Shown here: one piece after another, positions 44,706 through 53,516 of the stretch
Position numbering within the stretch: the first letter of the stretch is position 1
Layout: every line of letters begins with the position of its first letter
From: a virus
Lineage: Duplodnaviria; Caudoviricetes
Direction: 5' to 3' (one strand)
DNA: 55,970 nucleotides
IMG/VR virus record: IMGVR_UViG_3300035125_000018
Span: 1 to 55,970 of that record
The notes under the pieces: model-generated
Database searches by the model: none
What the model saw: only the letters and a program-made list of their open reading frames with translations
Told to the model about the DNA's origin: nothing
Translations under genes and position numbers: made by a program

Positions 44706-44897
44706 TTACGACGGGTACTTGATGTGATCCCGCATCTCAAGAATCTTCGCGTCTATGTCGTCCAGCGTGGCCTGCTCGAGAGTCACAATGCCGATCCGGT
44801 TGATCTCTTCGGCGTGGCGCTTCATGACTTTGAGGTAGGCATCGTGGAGAAAGGCGTCGCTCTGAGCTTTGGCGTCGGAAGTTACGTTCTGGCCCAT
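44706..44897 (-). CDS. Hypothetical protein
   Basis: AGGAGG RBS before MGQNVTS. Confidence 0.55.
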   Translation of the reverse strand: MGQNVTSDAKAQSDAFLHDAYLKVMKRHAEEINRIGIVTLEQATLDDIDAKILEMRDHIKYPS

Positions 44898-44947
44898 GGG
44901 GAATCCTCCTGGTAGGTTGAACGAGTCATGGGCGCAGGATGCCAGAA

Positions 44948-45526
44948 TCACCCAAACCCGTCAAGCACCTTTTTCGTTCCGCGCTCTTGTGGAGGAATCT
45001 CGGGCAAATTCAAGTGTTTGAACAAGATCTCTTCGGTCGGACAAGGGATCGGTTCTCCGTTCCGGGTGAGCATCCCGCCTTGAATTCTCAGGCCATACCG
45101 ATGCGCTCGCTTGGCTATGCAGTAGTGACTGAAGTCGGCAGGTCCGGTTCTGATCGCGAGGATCACGCCCCAGTTGTCGTGCCGTGCCATGAAGATGTCT
45201 ACCGGGATCTCGTCCTCGTCCTCGTCCACGATCGCGATCTGAACCATTCGGCCTTCGTATGGATCTCCCTTACGTAGTTTCCAGACCCCATCTCTTGCAG
45301 AGAAAGTTCCCCTGAGCATCTTCACGAATTGGGGATCCCGCTGCCTGATCGGCTCTCCGAACAAATCGGACTCGATCATCCGGTCTTTCGGGATACAGAC
45401 GATCTCGACATCGTGTGGATTCTTGTCGCGTCGAAGCACGCTGCCGGCGATCTCGATCTGATGGCAGTACGGTTCGAGAGCTTGCTTGACGTTCTCGGCT
45501 ACGAGCAACGCTTCACTGAGATACAA
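44948..45526 (-). CDS. polX: Minimal family X DNA polymerase (Pol beta-like palm + thumb)
   Basis: IEIAGSVLRR...HDVEIV...VDIF...RTGPADF...TEEILFKHLNLPEIPPQER. Confidence 0.85.
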   Translation of the reverse strand: MYLSEALLVAENVKQALEPYCHQIEIAGSVLRRDKNPHDVEIVCIPKDRMIESDLFGEPIRQRDPQFVKMLRGTFSARDGVWKLRKGDPYEGRMVQIAIVDEDEDEIPVDIFMARHDNWGVILAIRTGPADFSHYCIAKRAHRYGLRIQGGMLTRNGEPIPCPTEEILFKHLNLPEIPPQERGTKKVLDGFG

Positions 45527-46103
45527 GGATCACCTTCAGGATCTTGGTTCGCTTCTTCACGCTGCGACGATGATCGCGACACAGGCCAGTAATGGCGATG
45601 TAGACCACGGCCTCTTTGCCTTCGAGATCCCACGGAAAGTGTCTGAGCGTTTGGCCCGGACGGATATAGTCCCACTGTCTCATGTGGATCACACCGTCCA
45701 TCTTCAGGACGCCAATCCAGCACACGCCGATAACATCGTATCCTTTCGGGTTCTCCCATTCCTTGGTCGCGGTCTGGATCAACCGGACCTGGCCGCCACG
45801 CTTGCCTTCGAACCTGAGATCGTGAGTAACCTCGTAGTCCTTCGGATTCTCGGAACCGCCTTTCCAGAGAACCGCCTTCCCATCATTCTCGTCTGGAAAC
45901 TTCGCAGGATCCTCTTCGGTCTGCTTGTTGCCGGCAATCACATCGGGAACAGACTGGAACCACTCAATCAGGTCTTGGGTTTCGTCAACCCACTTCCCGA
46001 CCTTGTCCTTGTCAAACACAGGGATGGGAGTTCCGCACCCGACCCACAGCAGGGCAAGCGCACCGACCAGCAACACAGACAACTCAGGCCAGTACTTCTT
46101 CAT
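45513..46103 (-). CDS. Lipoprotein
   Basis: MKKYWPELSVLLVGALALLWVG/C lipobox-like signal; AGGAGG RBS at ATG 46103. Confidence 0.7.
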   Translation of the reverse strand: MKKYWPELSVLLVGALALLWVGCGTPIPVFDKDKVGKWVDETQDLIEWFQSVPDVIAGNKQTEEDPAKFPDENDGKAVLWKGGSENPKDYEVTHDLRFEGKRGGQVRLIQTATKEWENPKGYDVIGVCWIGVLKMDGVIHMRQWDYIRPGQTLRHFPWDLEGKEAVVYIAITGLCRDHRRSVKKRTKILKVILVSQ

Positions 46104-46126
46104 GGAGCCTCCTTTCGTTGAAGGCC

Positions 46127-46156
46127 AGAGTACCGCGCCGCCGCCCCACCCGTCAA
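46127..46156 (-). promoter_or_regulatory. Sigma70-type promoter heading the - strand (late) arm
   Basis: TTGACG-N18-TACTCT; same -35 and spacing as the capsid promoter. Confidence 0.6.
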
Positions 46157-46620
46157 GCCCTTTCGCTCCGCTCCCCTCCCCCTCTTCCCCAGCGGAGCAG
46201 AAGGGAGGGGGGAGCCGACGCCACACACACCTCTGGTGTGTGGCAGTCCATGGTGCGAATCTGAACCAATTTTCACCAAACTGCACCAGCTTCGAAAACA
46301 AACTCCACCTCGAGCCAGCCAGCCCACGCGTGCGCGAGGCCAACATACGTGAGAGAGATATTTGTTGGATAGATGATACCGTATGGATGGGGCCGACCAT
46401 GCCCGTGGAGTGCGGTGGGGGGGTGTATGAAAAAAGCATGCTTATTTCTGTGGGGAGGGTTGATGTTGCTATCCACTGTTGTACTCTTCCCTTGTACTCT
46501 TCCACTCTTCTCTCCTGTGCTGTCGCTCTCTCACCTACCAAACCATGTTCGTTTCATATTACCACCACAATAATCTCATCGCTTTGTATCTCTAAGCCAG
46601 CAACATCGAGAGGCGGTGGG
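46157..46620. other. Non-coding divergence region (candidate packaging start / control region)
   Basis: Strand switch point; G/C homopolymer runs and purine/pyrimidine tracts; no credible ORF. Confidence 0.45.
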
Positions 46621-46639
46621 AGAAGTTGGAGGGTCAGTC

Positions 46640-46981
46640 ATGGCCAAGAAGAAGCAGAAGCAGTATCCCCCGGTGAATGAGGATCCGGTGGTGGCAGCGT
46701 TCCGTTGGGTCCGCGCCACCGTGGATGAGAAGGGCCGCCCGAGCTTTATCATCCCCGGTTCTGACCGGTGGGAGCCCGGTGCTCTGGCGAAGGAGCTCAA
46801 GATCGAAGCGCGGGCCAAGGAGGCAGGGATCTCCGTGGGCGCTATGATCGACAGGCTCATCGCCGAGCGTGAGCTCATCGGCTTCGCGACCTTCATCGAG
46901 ACCAAGAACGGTCCGAGGTTCTTGGAGAAGGTCGTGGTTGCCACGGGCTCGCGTAGCTCCGGCAATTCCAACAGCTGGTAG
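46640..46981 (+). CDS. First early gene, hypothetical
   Basis: GGAGG RBS; biased codons; followed by a terminator. Confidence 0.7.
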   Translation: MAKKKQKQYPPVNEDPVVAAFRWVRATVDEKGRPSFIIPGSDRWEPGALAKELKIEARAKEAGISVGAMIDRLIAERELIGFATFIETKNGPRFLEKVVVATGSRSSGNSNSW

Positions 46982-47007
46982 CAGCTGTCGGCCGACAACT
47001 GAATAGC

Positions 47008-47053
47008 GCGGAGGGGTTGGCAAGCCAAAGCCACCCCTCCGGCATCTTTTTTT
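47008..47053 (+). terminator. Intrinsic terminator
   Basis: cggaggggt...acccctccg stem plus T7. Confidence 0.75.
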
Positions 47054-47155
47054 CCCTCCAGTATACAGTACTAATGGGTATTGGCTTGTGCACAGGCATT
47101 GTGCTTGAGCCTATCTCCGTTGGTGAATCAGTCCAGTAATACAGGGAGTAGTATC

Positions 47156-47347
47156 ATGGAGAAGGATGAAGTTGTGGGAAAGAGTATTACAGGGAGAGAA
47201 TGTCCTGTGGATTGTGCGGGTCGTGGTCCGGAGGCTGATACGTGTCTGGACTGTGCGCGGCTGGCACGGCTCGACGCGGAGCTCAAGGTGAGGAACGTGA
47301 GCACGGTCGGGATCATCCTGTTGACCGAGGATCTTTCGACGGTATAG
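47156..47347 (+). CDS. Small Cys-containing hypothetical protein
   Basis: GGGAG RBS; CPVDC...CLDC. Confidence 0.5.
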   Translation: MEKDEVVGKSITGRECPVDCAGRGPEADTCLDCARLARLDAELKVRNVSTVGIILLTEDLSTV

Positions 47348-47488
47348 AACGAGGTGGTGTGCTGTCACCAGAAGGAGGTCGAGATGTACTAGACGTAGTA
47401 CCATGACATAGCGTTGCCGCTGTGGCTCCTGTCCCGTAGCCTCGGGCCCAGGTCCGGGGCTACACGATCGGAACTACATATCTACCAT

Positions 47489-47524
47489 AGCCTGCAGTCC
47501 TGCATGGGATCGCAGGCTTTTTTT
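47489..47524 (+). terminator. Intrinsic terminator
   Basis: agcctgc...gcaggct stem plus T run. Confidence 0.65.
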
Positions 47525-47554
47525 GTCGGAGTAATAACAGAAGGAGGAAGAAGA

Positions 47555-47785
47555 ATGAACACGATACAGGTCATGCTCGGACTGATCGCAGTCGCCGGCC
47601 TCCAGCTGATACTGCTGGTCGCCCTGGCAGGTGTGGACAAGAAGCTGGACTACATGAACGACCAGTTCAGCACGCCAATCTCCGTCGAGTGCAAGGGCTA
47701 CGATGAGGTCGAGGCCCTGCTCGAACGCCTGCCATGCGTGTGTACGAACGTCCACGCCAAGGGACTTGAATACAGGGATCGCTGA
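47555..47785 (+). CDS. Small membrane-anchored protein
   Basis: AGGAGG RBS; N-terminal hydrophobic helix. Confidence 0.6.
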   Translation: MNTIQVMLGLIAVAGLQLILLVALAGVDKKLDYMNDQFSTPISVECKGYDEVEALLERLPCVCTNVHAKGLEYRDR

Positions 47786-47894
47786 ATCTTCTTCCCCACA
47801 ACTAGAGTCCTGCCGGGGAGACTCAACCCTCTGCCAACGGCAATGAGCGCACGGTAAGATCGAACCGGCAGGTACTCGAAAGGAGGACAGTACC

Positions 47895-48074
47895 ATGTTC
47901 GAGATCATGAAGAAGGGGAAGGTGTACCTCACGGTCAACAATTTCAGAGGAGAACGAGTAGCCAGGCAGTTGCTTGCCATGCTCCACGCCTACGGTCATA
48001 GGGACTGCAGTCTGTGGCGCAACGGTGAGTGTATTGTCGAAGCACAGAAGGAGGAAGCAATCCGATGCAGCTGA
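47895..48074 (+). CDS. Small hypothetical protein (59 aa)
   Basis: AGGAGG RBS; manual translation MFEIMKKGKVYLTV... Confidence 0.6.
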   Translation: MFEIMKKGKVYLTVNNFRGERVARQLLAMLHAYGHRDCSLWRNGECIVEAQKEEAIRCS

Positions 48075-48484
48075 TATTCATACTGGTTCTCATGGCTCTG
48101 GCCTTCGTCTACCTGTGGAAGAAACAGTGGACGAAGAAGGAGCCTGCGGGATACACGCTGGAGGATCCAGTCGTGAAGGGCTTGGCTCAGGTCGAGCTCG
48201 AGGAAGTATACTGTCAAGACCGACTGCACGTTGAGCCCGAGCCTGCCATCAAGCACACCCCACCGACGAAGTACCTGTCTGATACCGACATCGAGAGATG
48301 CGTCTATATCGTGGACCTCATGCTGTTCGGCGTGCCGGCCACGCCTGCAACCGAAGTGCCTGCCTACATCTCTGCCTTCCTGCAAGAGACAACCATGAAC
48401 GAGGCCGAGGTCCTGGCCCTGTCCGAACGCATCTTCAAGTGGATCAACAAGAGACACAAGGAGCGCCTTGGTCATGACCGCTAG
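48065..48484 (+). CDS. Membrane-anchored hypothetical protein
   Basis: MQLIFILVLMALAFVYLWKK N-terminal TM helix; AGGAGG RBS. Confidence 0.6.
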   Translation: MQLIFILVLMALAFVYLWKKQWTKKEPAGYTLEDPVVKGLAQVELEEVYCQDRLHVEPEPAIKHTPPTKYLSDTDIERCVYIVDLMLFGVPATPATEVPAYISAFLQETTMNEAEVLALSERIFKWINKRHKERLGHDR

Positions 48485-48758
48485 TGGATGGTATCGGCAC
48501 GGAGTACAGTGGATTCTCGTAGATCAGGGCGGCGCCCCTGAGTACTGGCTTGACCAGAATCCCAATGCCGGCTCGATCTTCGCCGAAGCAAAACGGCTCG
48601 GCATGGACATCGTTTGGATATGCTCTGCGCTCCCGGTTCCCGGGAACGTACAGTATACAGGAGAAGTAATCGTAAACGGCGAACGCATGGACCGGAACCA
48701 GGCCAAGGCTCGGGCCTCTGCGTATGCGTTCAACAACAGGAGGAAGAAGTCAGCATGA
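48474..48758 (+). CDS. Hypothetical protein
   Basis: Tightly packed ORF with RBS. Confidence 0.55.
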   Translation: MTASGWYRHGVQWILVDQGGAPEYWLDQNPNAGSIFAEAKRLGMDIVWICSALPVPGNVQYTGEVIVNGERMDRNQAKARASAYAFNNRRKKSA

Positions 48759-49006
48759 CACCGGCAACAGAAATCATCGAATGGCTGAAAACCTTCGATC
48801 CGTTCGAGGGTATCGGCATAGACGATGGCGGCTTGGCTCTGACCAACGAGAGTCAGGACAAGACCTTCGAGATCGGCGGGATCCCCACGGTGTTCGACAA
48901 GATCGAGGACACCATCCATGACTGGGCCGGCAACAAGTACCCCGAGATGGACGCGAACGAACGGATGGACCTGACCAACCGGATCATCAAGGAGCTCAAG
49001 CTATGA
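48755..49006 (+). CDS. Hypothetical acidic protein
   Basis: ATGA overlap; GIDDGGLAL...EIGGIP. Confidence 0.6.
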   Translation: MTPATEIIEWLKTFDPFEGIGIDDGGLALTNESQDKTFEIGGIPTVFDKIEDTIHDWAGNKYPEMDANERMDLTNRIIKELKL

Positions 49007-49254
49007 GTCGCTGCAATCTCTGTACTCTGAAGAGTATCAGGCACAGCCTGAAGGGAACCGGATCCCGGATCCATCTTCGGCCGTCCGGTTTCATGGGTGG
49101 CATAGACGTATTCGTGGTTCCGAAGGGAAAGAAGCTGCCGCCCAAGTCCGAGATGATCGAACCGAACGACGAGTATCCGAATGGCAACGAAGCCTACTCC
49201 AAGTATCACCGTGCGTGGTTCATGGAGATCGGGAAAAGGTGCTGTTGTGACTAA
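49003..49254 (+). CDS. Hypothetical CxxC protein
   Basis: MSRCNLC...AWFMEIGKRCCCD; ATGA overlap. Confidence 0.6.
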   Translation: MSRCNLCTLKSIRHSLKGTGSRIHLRPSGFMGGIDVFVVPKGKKLPPKSEMIEPNDEYPNGNEAYSKYHRAWFMEIGKRCCCD

Positions 49255-49258
49255 TGAA

Positions 49259-49681
49259 ATGCAAACACAACCTGAACCAGAAGAACGAGTGCCAGAAGTG
49301 CCGGATGGTCCGTCGAGTCCAGCAGATGATGAAGGATCTCCCCCATCTCAAGGCGATGATGGGTGGAACATTCGTTGTCGTTGTGGACACGAAGCCCCGC
49401 TCGACTCGTTCACATCGGACAACCCCAGGCTCAAAGGCTGGTACGTCTGTCCCGGCTGCAAGATAGTATTCAAACCCGAGAACGGGAAGCTGATCGTGAT
49501 GCAAGAGGACGGTCCTTTGTGGGACCGAATCCGGCTCGATCGGTTGAAGGCTCGCCTCGAGCGAGAGAAACAGGAACGCATCGAAGAATGGGAACGACTG
49601 AACAAGGAGGATCACAAGCGATGGCTGGCAACAAGAAGAATCCTGAAGAAGAACAACATTCCACTCCCAAACGAAAGGTGA
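49259..49681 (+). CDS. Hypothetical protein with Zn-ribbon (CxC...CxxC) and coiled coil
   Basis: IRCRCGH...YVCPGC; start uncertain. Confidence 0.5.
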   Translation: MQTQPEPEERVPEVPDGPSSPADDEGSPPSQGDDGWNIRCRCGHEAPLDSFTSDNPRLKGWYVCPGCKIVFKPENGKLIVMQEDGPLWDRIRLDRLKARLEREKQERIEEWERLNKEDHKRWLATRRILKKNNIPLPNER

Positions 49682-50052
49682 ACGCCTTCGAGTACCTGTG
49701 TATCTACGATGAACGGAATCCCAATTCCGAATACCTGATCATGGTTGACGACGAGGACAAGCCCAAGCCTAGGAGAGACTGTGCCTGTGACAACTGCTTC
49801 TACGGGAGAGACGAGCTGGCCCTCGAGATCATCCGATTGCAGGAGGTCATTACCCACGCCTTGAAGATTGCCGGGAACAGGTCGGGCGCCGGCCAGAGAA
49901 TCAGGCGTATCGTGGTGGCGCTGCAGTCAGCCAACAGATTCAGAAAGGTTCCTCATCCTCATCGGGCTCGGGCTCAACGTCAATCAGATCCCCGACATCT
50001 TCGGGAGACTTCGGATCCGGACCGGGAGGATTTTGTGGAGCGCTCGGAGTAG
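49678..50052 (+). CDS. Hypothetical Cys-rich protein
   Basis: LCIYDERNP...CACDNCFYGRDELA; GTGA overlap; 3' end overlaps the antisense TerS candidate. Confidence 0.5.
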   Translation: MNAFEYLCIYDERNPNSEYLIMVDDEDKPKPRRDCACDNCFYGRDELALEIIRLQEVITHALKIAGNRSGAGQRIRRIVVALQSANRFRKVPHPHRARAQRQSDPRHLRETSDPDREDFVERSE

Positions 50053-50530
50053 GAACGAAATTCGTATTGATGAGGACTGCCACGCCTGTAGGTCCACCAG
50101 CTCGGCCGCCTGCCTGGTCCAGACCAACGACCCTGCCTGTGATATTCCCGCTTGCCTGAAATGCCTTTGATACAGACAATAGATCATCCGGCTTCAAGTT
50201 CTTCTCGTCCTCTGTGGCCTTGTCGAGTATCTTCTCGGCATGGTCCTCGATCTTTTCTCCGACAGTGAGATGGCGCTTCATGACACCGACCCGACTCTCT
50301 TGGACAACACGGGCTGCTTCGAAGTCCGATCGCTCCTGCAGATCTTTCTCGAGGCGGCGCCGTTCGTCGGGCCATTTGTCATGGAAATGCCAGGAACGTA
50401 CCGTGTTCAACGGAACGGCAACACGGCCGGCAATCTCGGCCAGTGTGAGTTTGGTCGTGAGGTAAAGCTCTCGGGCTTTCACCTTCACATGAGGAGGATG
50501 GACACCAACAACGTGTTTCTCTTCAGACAT
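49940..50530 (-). CDS. Terminase small subunit-like HTH protein, tail ...DEDEEPF
   Basis: KARELYL...TLAEIAGRVAVPLNTVRSW...KW HTH followed by coiled coil, as in TerS. Confidence 0.55.
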   Translation of the reverse strand: MSEEKHVVGVHPPHVKVKARELYLTTKLTLAEIAGRVAVPLNTVRSWHFHDKWPDERRRLEKDLQERSDFEAARVVQESRVGVMKRHLTVGEKIEDHAEKILDKATEDEKNLKPDDLLSVSKAFQASGNITGRVVGLDQAGGRAGGPTGVAVLINTNFVPTPSAPQNPPGPDPKSPEDVGDLIDVEPEPDEDEEPF

Positions 50531-50567
50531 CGGTGGAACGATACCACCAGAAAGGATAGGTGACAAG

Positions 50568-50786
50568 ATGAAATTCATGAAGTGGATCCGTGGACTCGGG
50601 GAGAAGAAGGCCAAGGGACCGAAGGTGTCGCACTTCGAGCGGCCCCCGATGGCAGCTCCGGTGATCCCGGTAGCCAGGAGAACGCAGAAGAAAACGAAGG
50701 CCGTCCGGATCCCAAGCAAGATCAAGCGGGCCCGGAAGAAGGCACGCCGGATGAGGAAGCTCCCGGCTTGCAGGCCAACGTACTGA
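50568..50786 (+). CDS. Small basic protein
   Basis: Lys/Arg-rich C-terminus. Confidence 0.5.
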   Translation: MKFMKWIRGLGEKKAKGPKVSHFERPPMAAPVIPVARRTQKKTKAVRIPSKIKRARKKARRMRKLPACRPTY

Positions 50787-50797
50787 GTACTTGTATT

Positions 50798-50919
50798 ACA
50801 TCATAAGGGTAAACCGTAGATGTGCGCTACTCCCGCGCACGCGCGCATCTACGTATACAGTATTCTACCTCTCACCCCGCACAACCCTTACTCGTTTCAT
50901 ATTATCTCCCTTATGATGT
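50798..50919. promoter_or_regulatory. Intergenic nested inverted-repeat element
   Basis: acatcataaggg (50798-50809) / cccttatgatgt (50908-50919) enclosing gtagatg..gcg / cgcgcatctac. Confidence 0.55.
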
Positions 50920-50950
50920 TGTTAATCGGTTAATCGAAAGGAGAGAACTG

Positions 50951-51721
50951 ATGAGTAGGAAGATACCATTGACAGGAACAGAGATCCTTGAGCTCCTGAA
51001 GCTCGAGGAAAAGAGGGTCAAGTCTGAAGTGATCCGTGGTCCCCGGAAGTACGACGGGTACACGATCGAGGATCGCACTCGGCACTGTGATTTGGTGCAG
51101 CGTGCCGAAGAGATGGGGAACATCCTGCCCGAAAACTTCGAGGTTCCGTACAAAGAGAAGTGCGAAGAGTACGAGTGGGCCTGCGATCGGATCCGGCAGA
51201 TCAAGGACACGCTCGGCTGCCTGGACATGGACATCGAGAAGTTCATCCAATGGCTCGACAACTACAAGAACCAGTACATCTGCCTGTCGAAGAAGATCGA
51301 GGACATTGACCGGACCTGCGACGAGGCAAAGATCATCGGCTGTGCCACCCAGGAACGTGTTGGGATCCTGCTGAACCAGCTCGAACGGGAAAAGAAAGAG
51401 TGCAAGTTCCGGCAGAAGGCCATGGAAGAGGTCGCCGACTGCTTCGGTGTGGACTACGATGCCATTCAGGAGTTCATTGATTCCATGGTCGAGCAAGGGA
51501 TCCGGCTCAAGACTCTCGAGACATTGCCGGCGCCGGTGCTTGACGAGAAGGATCGCCTCATCCGGCAACTCACGGAGCTGAACACCAGGCAGTCTACGGA
51601 TCTGACGAATCTCAGACAGTCCAAGGAACACGCCGAAGCCTGTCTCCAAGAGGCAGCTCAGATGATGGCCGAAGCCTTGGCCCGAAACAACAAGGAGAGA
51701 GCCGCATCGAGAGGGGAATGA
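50951..51721 (+). CDS. Coiled-coil hypothetical protein
   Basis: AAAGGAG RBS; heptad-rich. Confidence 0.65.
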   Translation: MSRKIPLTGTEILELLKLEEKRVKSEVIRGPRKYDGYTIEDRTRHCDLVQRAEEMGNILPENFEVPYKEKCEEYEWACDRIRQIKDTLGCLDMDIEKFIQWLDNYKNQYICLSKKIEDIDRTCDEAKIIGCATQERVGILLNQLEREKKECKFRQKAMEEVADCFGVDYDAIQEFIDSMVEQGIRLKTLETLPAPVLDEKDRLIRQLTELNTRQSTDLTNLRQSKEHAEACLQEAAQMMAEALARNNKERAASRGE

Positions 51722-51771
51722 TGCACCCCGCCTGATGAAATCTTATGAAAAATTCACAAGGAGGAAATCCA

Positions 51772-53403
51772 GTGAGCAAATACATTGATGCTCCGGTAGC
51801 CAAGATCGTGCTGTCCGGAGAGAATCCGCGGGGCAAAGCGAACGTTACCAACGGTGACTTCCGTGAGCTCTGCAGTTCCGTCAAGAAGTTCGGCGTCATT
51901 GTCCCACTCATTCTCAGGCCCCATCCGAAGAAGAAGGGCTTCTTCGAGCTGCGCGCTGGCGAGCGCCGGTTGGCGGCCGCCAAGAAGAACAAGATCAAGA
52001 CCGTCCCTGCATTACTCACAAGCATGACAGACATCGAGGCGTTCGAGACTACGATGGTGGAGAATATGCACCGGAAGGAGCTCGACACGCTGGAACAGAT
52101 CACCGCAGTCGCCACATTCCTGAACAAGTACAAGGGGGATCACAAGTCTGTGGCCGACAAGCTCGGCATGACGCTGCAGCAGGTGAAGCTCCGGGCCAAT
52201 GCCGTGAACCTGTCGAAGAAGTGGAAGGCGGCAATCGCCAAGAACGAAAACTTCCGGCTTCTCTCGGCCGAACACTTCGACAAGATCGCAAGGCTGCCCC
52301 AGGATATACAGGATGATCTTCTCGAGGAATCCAGTTCGCGAAGGATCTTCTTTGATTGGGATGGATACGTCCAGCCCGTCAAGATCCTCGAGCAGTTCAT
52401 CAACACACACTACATTCATGCCCTCAGCAAAGCCAAATGGGATCTCGATACGAAGGTCAACAGCATCACGGCCTGCAACGACTGCGTGAAACGGTCGGAC
52501 GCACAAGGACAGACCGACCTGTGGGAAGATCCCAAGGACAAGCAGAAGAAAACCGCACGCTGCCTGGACGGACTGTGTTGGGAGAAGAAGGACGAACACG
52601 TTGTCCGTTGCGCCCTGATCGAAGCCAAGCCGAAGTACAAAAACCTGCAGCTCGCATCCGGATCCATGCTCAGCCAGCAAGAGGTCCGAAAACGCGCACG
52701 GAATCTCGGCTTCTCGGCCGAAGAGAGCGACAAGGTTCACTCGCTCGATCTGACCGTGCCGGCCAAGAAGAACGAGAAGAAGTCGTTTCATGTGTTCGTG
52801 CTCGACGGCCCCCAGGCCGGCAGGGTTTTGCTTCGTCGAAGCAAGTACACAAACGATGGACGGCTCGCCAAGTCCGGAGGCGAGAAGAAACAGAGGAAGA
52901 AGATCCGGACCATGAAGGATCGGAAGCGTGACCATCACGGCCTGCGCCTGAAGTTGATCTACCCCGAGCTCCGCCAAGCCATTGCAAAATGCGACCAGCC
53001 CAAGGACAAGACACTCAAATTCGCGGCCGCCGTGGCTGCGGTATACGGAACAACGAACGAGTTCCGGTACAAAGGTGAGTGGCGAACCGGTGGGCTCAGT
53101 CGTGATCAGATCGTGGAGAAGCTGATCAAGGGTGAGCAGCTGACCCTCGAATCGTGGCACAACGGCGAGAAATCGCTGAAGGCCAAGCTCGCTCAGGCTC
53201 TGTGGCTCAGGGCCCGAGGCTGCTTCACGGAAATCGTGCCCGGCAACTGCAATGCACAGGACGCACTCAAGGCCGAGGCGAAGTGCAAGGCTATCGCTGT
53301 TCTGGTCGGCTTCGACTGGAGCAAGGCCCTCGAGAAAGCGACCAAGGAAAAGCCCGACCCGAAAATCTGGCAACGCCTGAAGGCCGATGGGACGCCGAAA
53401 TAA
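51772..53403 (+). CDS. ParB/RepB/Spo0J-family protein with central Cys cluster and long C-terminus
   Basis: NPR...ELCSSVKKFGVIVPLILR...AGERRLAAA...ENMHRKEL, HTH, CNDC...RCLD..CW. Confidence 0.88.
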   Translation: MSKYIDAPVAKIVLSGENPRGKANVTNGDFRELCSSVKKFGVIVPLILRPHPKKKGFFELRAGERRLAAAKKNKIKTVPALLTSMTDIEAFETTMVENMHRKELDTLEQITAVATFLNKYKGDHKSVADKLGMTLQQVKLRANAVNLSKKWKAAIAKNENFRLLSAEHFDKIARLPQDIQDDLLEESSSRRIFFDWDGYVQPVKILEQFINTHYIHALSKAKWDLDTKVNSITACNDCVKRSDAQGQTDLWEDPKDKQKKTARCLDGLCWEKKDEHVVRCALIEAKPKYKNLQLASGSMLSQQEVRKRARNLGFSAEESDKVHSLDLTVPAKKNEKKSFHVFVLDGPQAGRVLLRRSKYTNDGRLAKSGGEKKQRKKIRTMKDRKRDHHGLRLKLIYPELRQAIAKCDQPKDKTLKFAAAVAAVYGTTNEFRYKGEWRTGGLSRDQIVEKLIKGEQLTLESWHNGEKSLKAKLAQALWLRARGCFTEIVPGNCNAQDALKAEAKCKAIAVLVGFDWSKALEKATKEKPDPKIWQRLKADGTPK

Positions 53404-53516
53404 TTCGTGAGCCGGCGGCACAGCTTGTGCCAAAGGGATCCATCACGGATAGTCGGGGGGCCATAAGGCAGTTTGATCCTGTCGGCCCCTCGCAAAAAAA
53501 GGAAGGAACAGTAATC

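Noticed and set aside
7816-44722. Long + strand ORFs opposite structural genes (e.g. 16104-18116, 34804-36168, 38148-40358)
   Set aside because: Antisense shadows of codon-biased genes; no RBS or motifs
47350-47890. tRNA or other known ncRNA among the intergenic hairpins
   Set aside because: No cloverleaf or T-loop consensus; the hairpins fit terminators or processing sites
49254-49466. Alternative 70-aa ORF MKCKHNLNQK
   Set aside because: It overlaps the longer Zn-ribbon ORF at 49259; I cannot decide between them from sequence and kept the longer one
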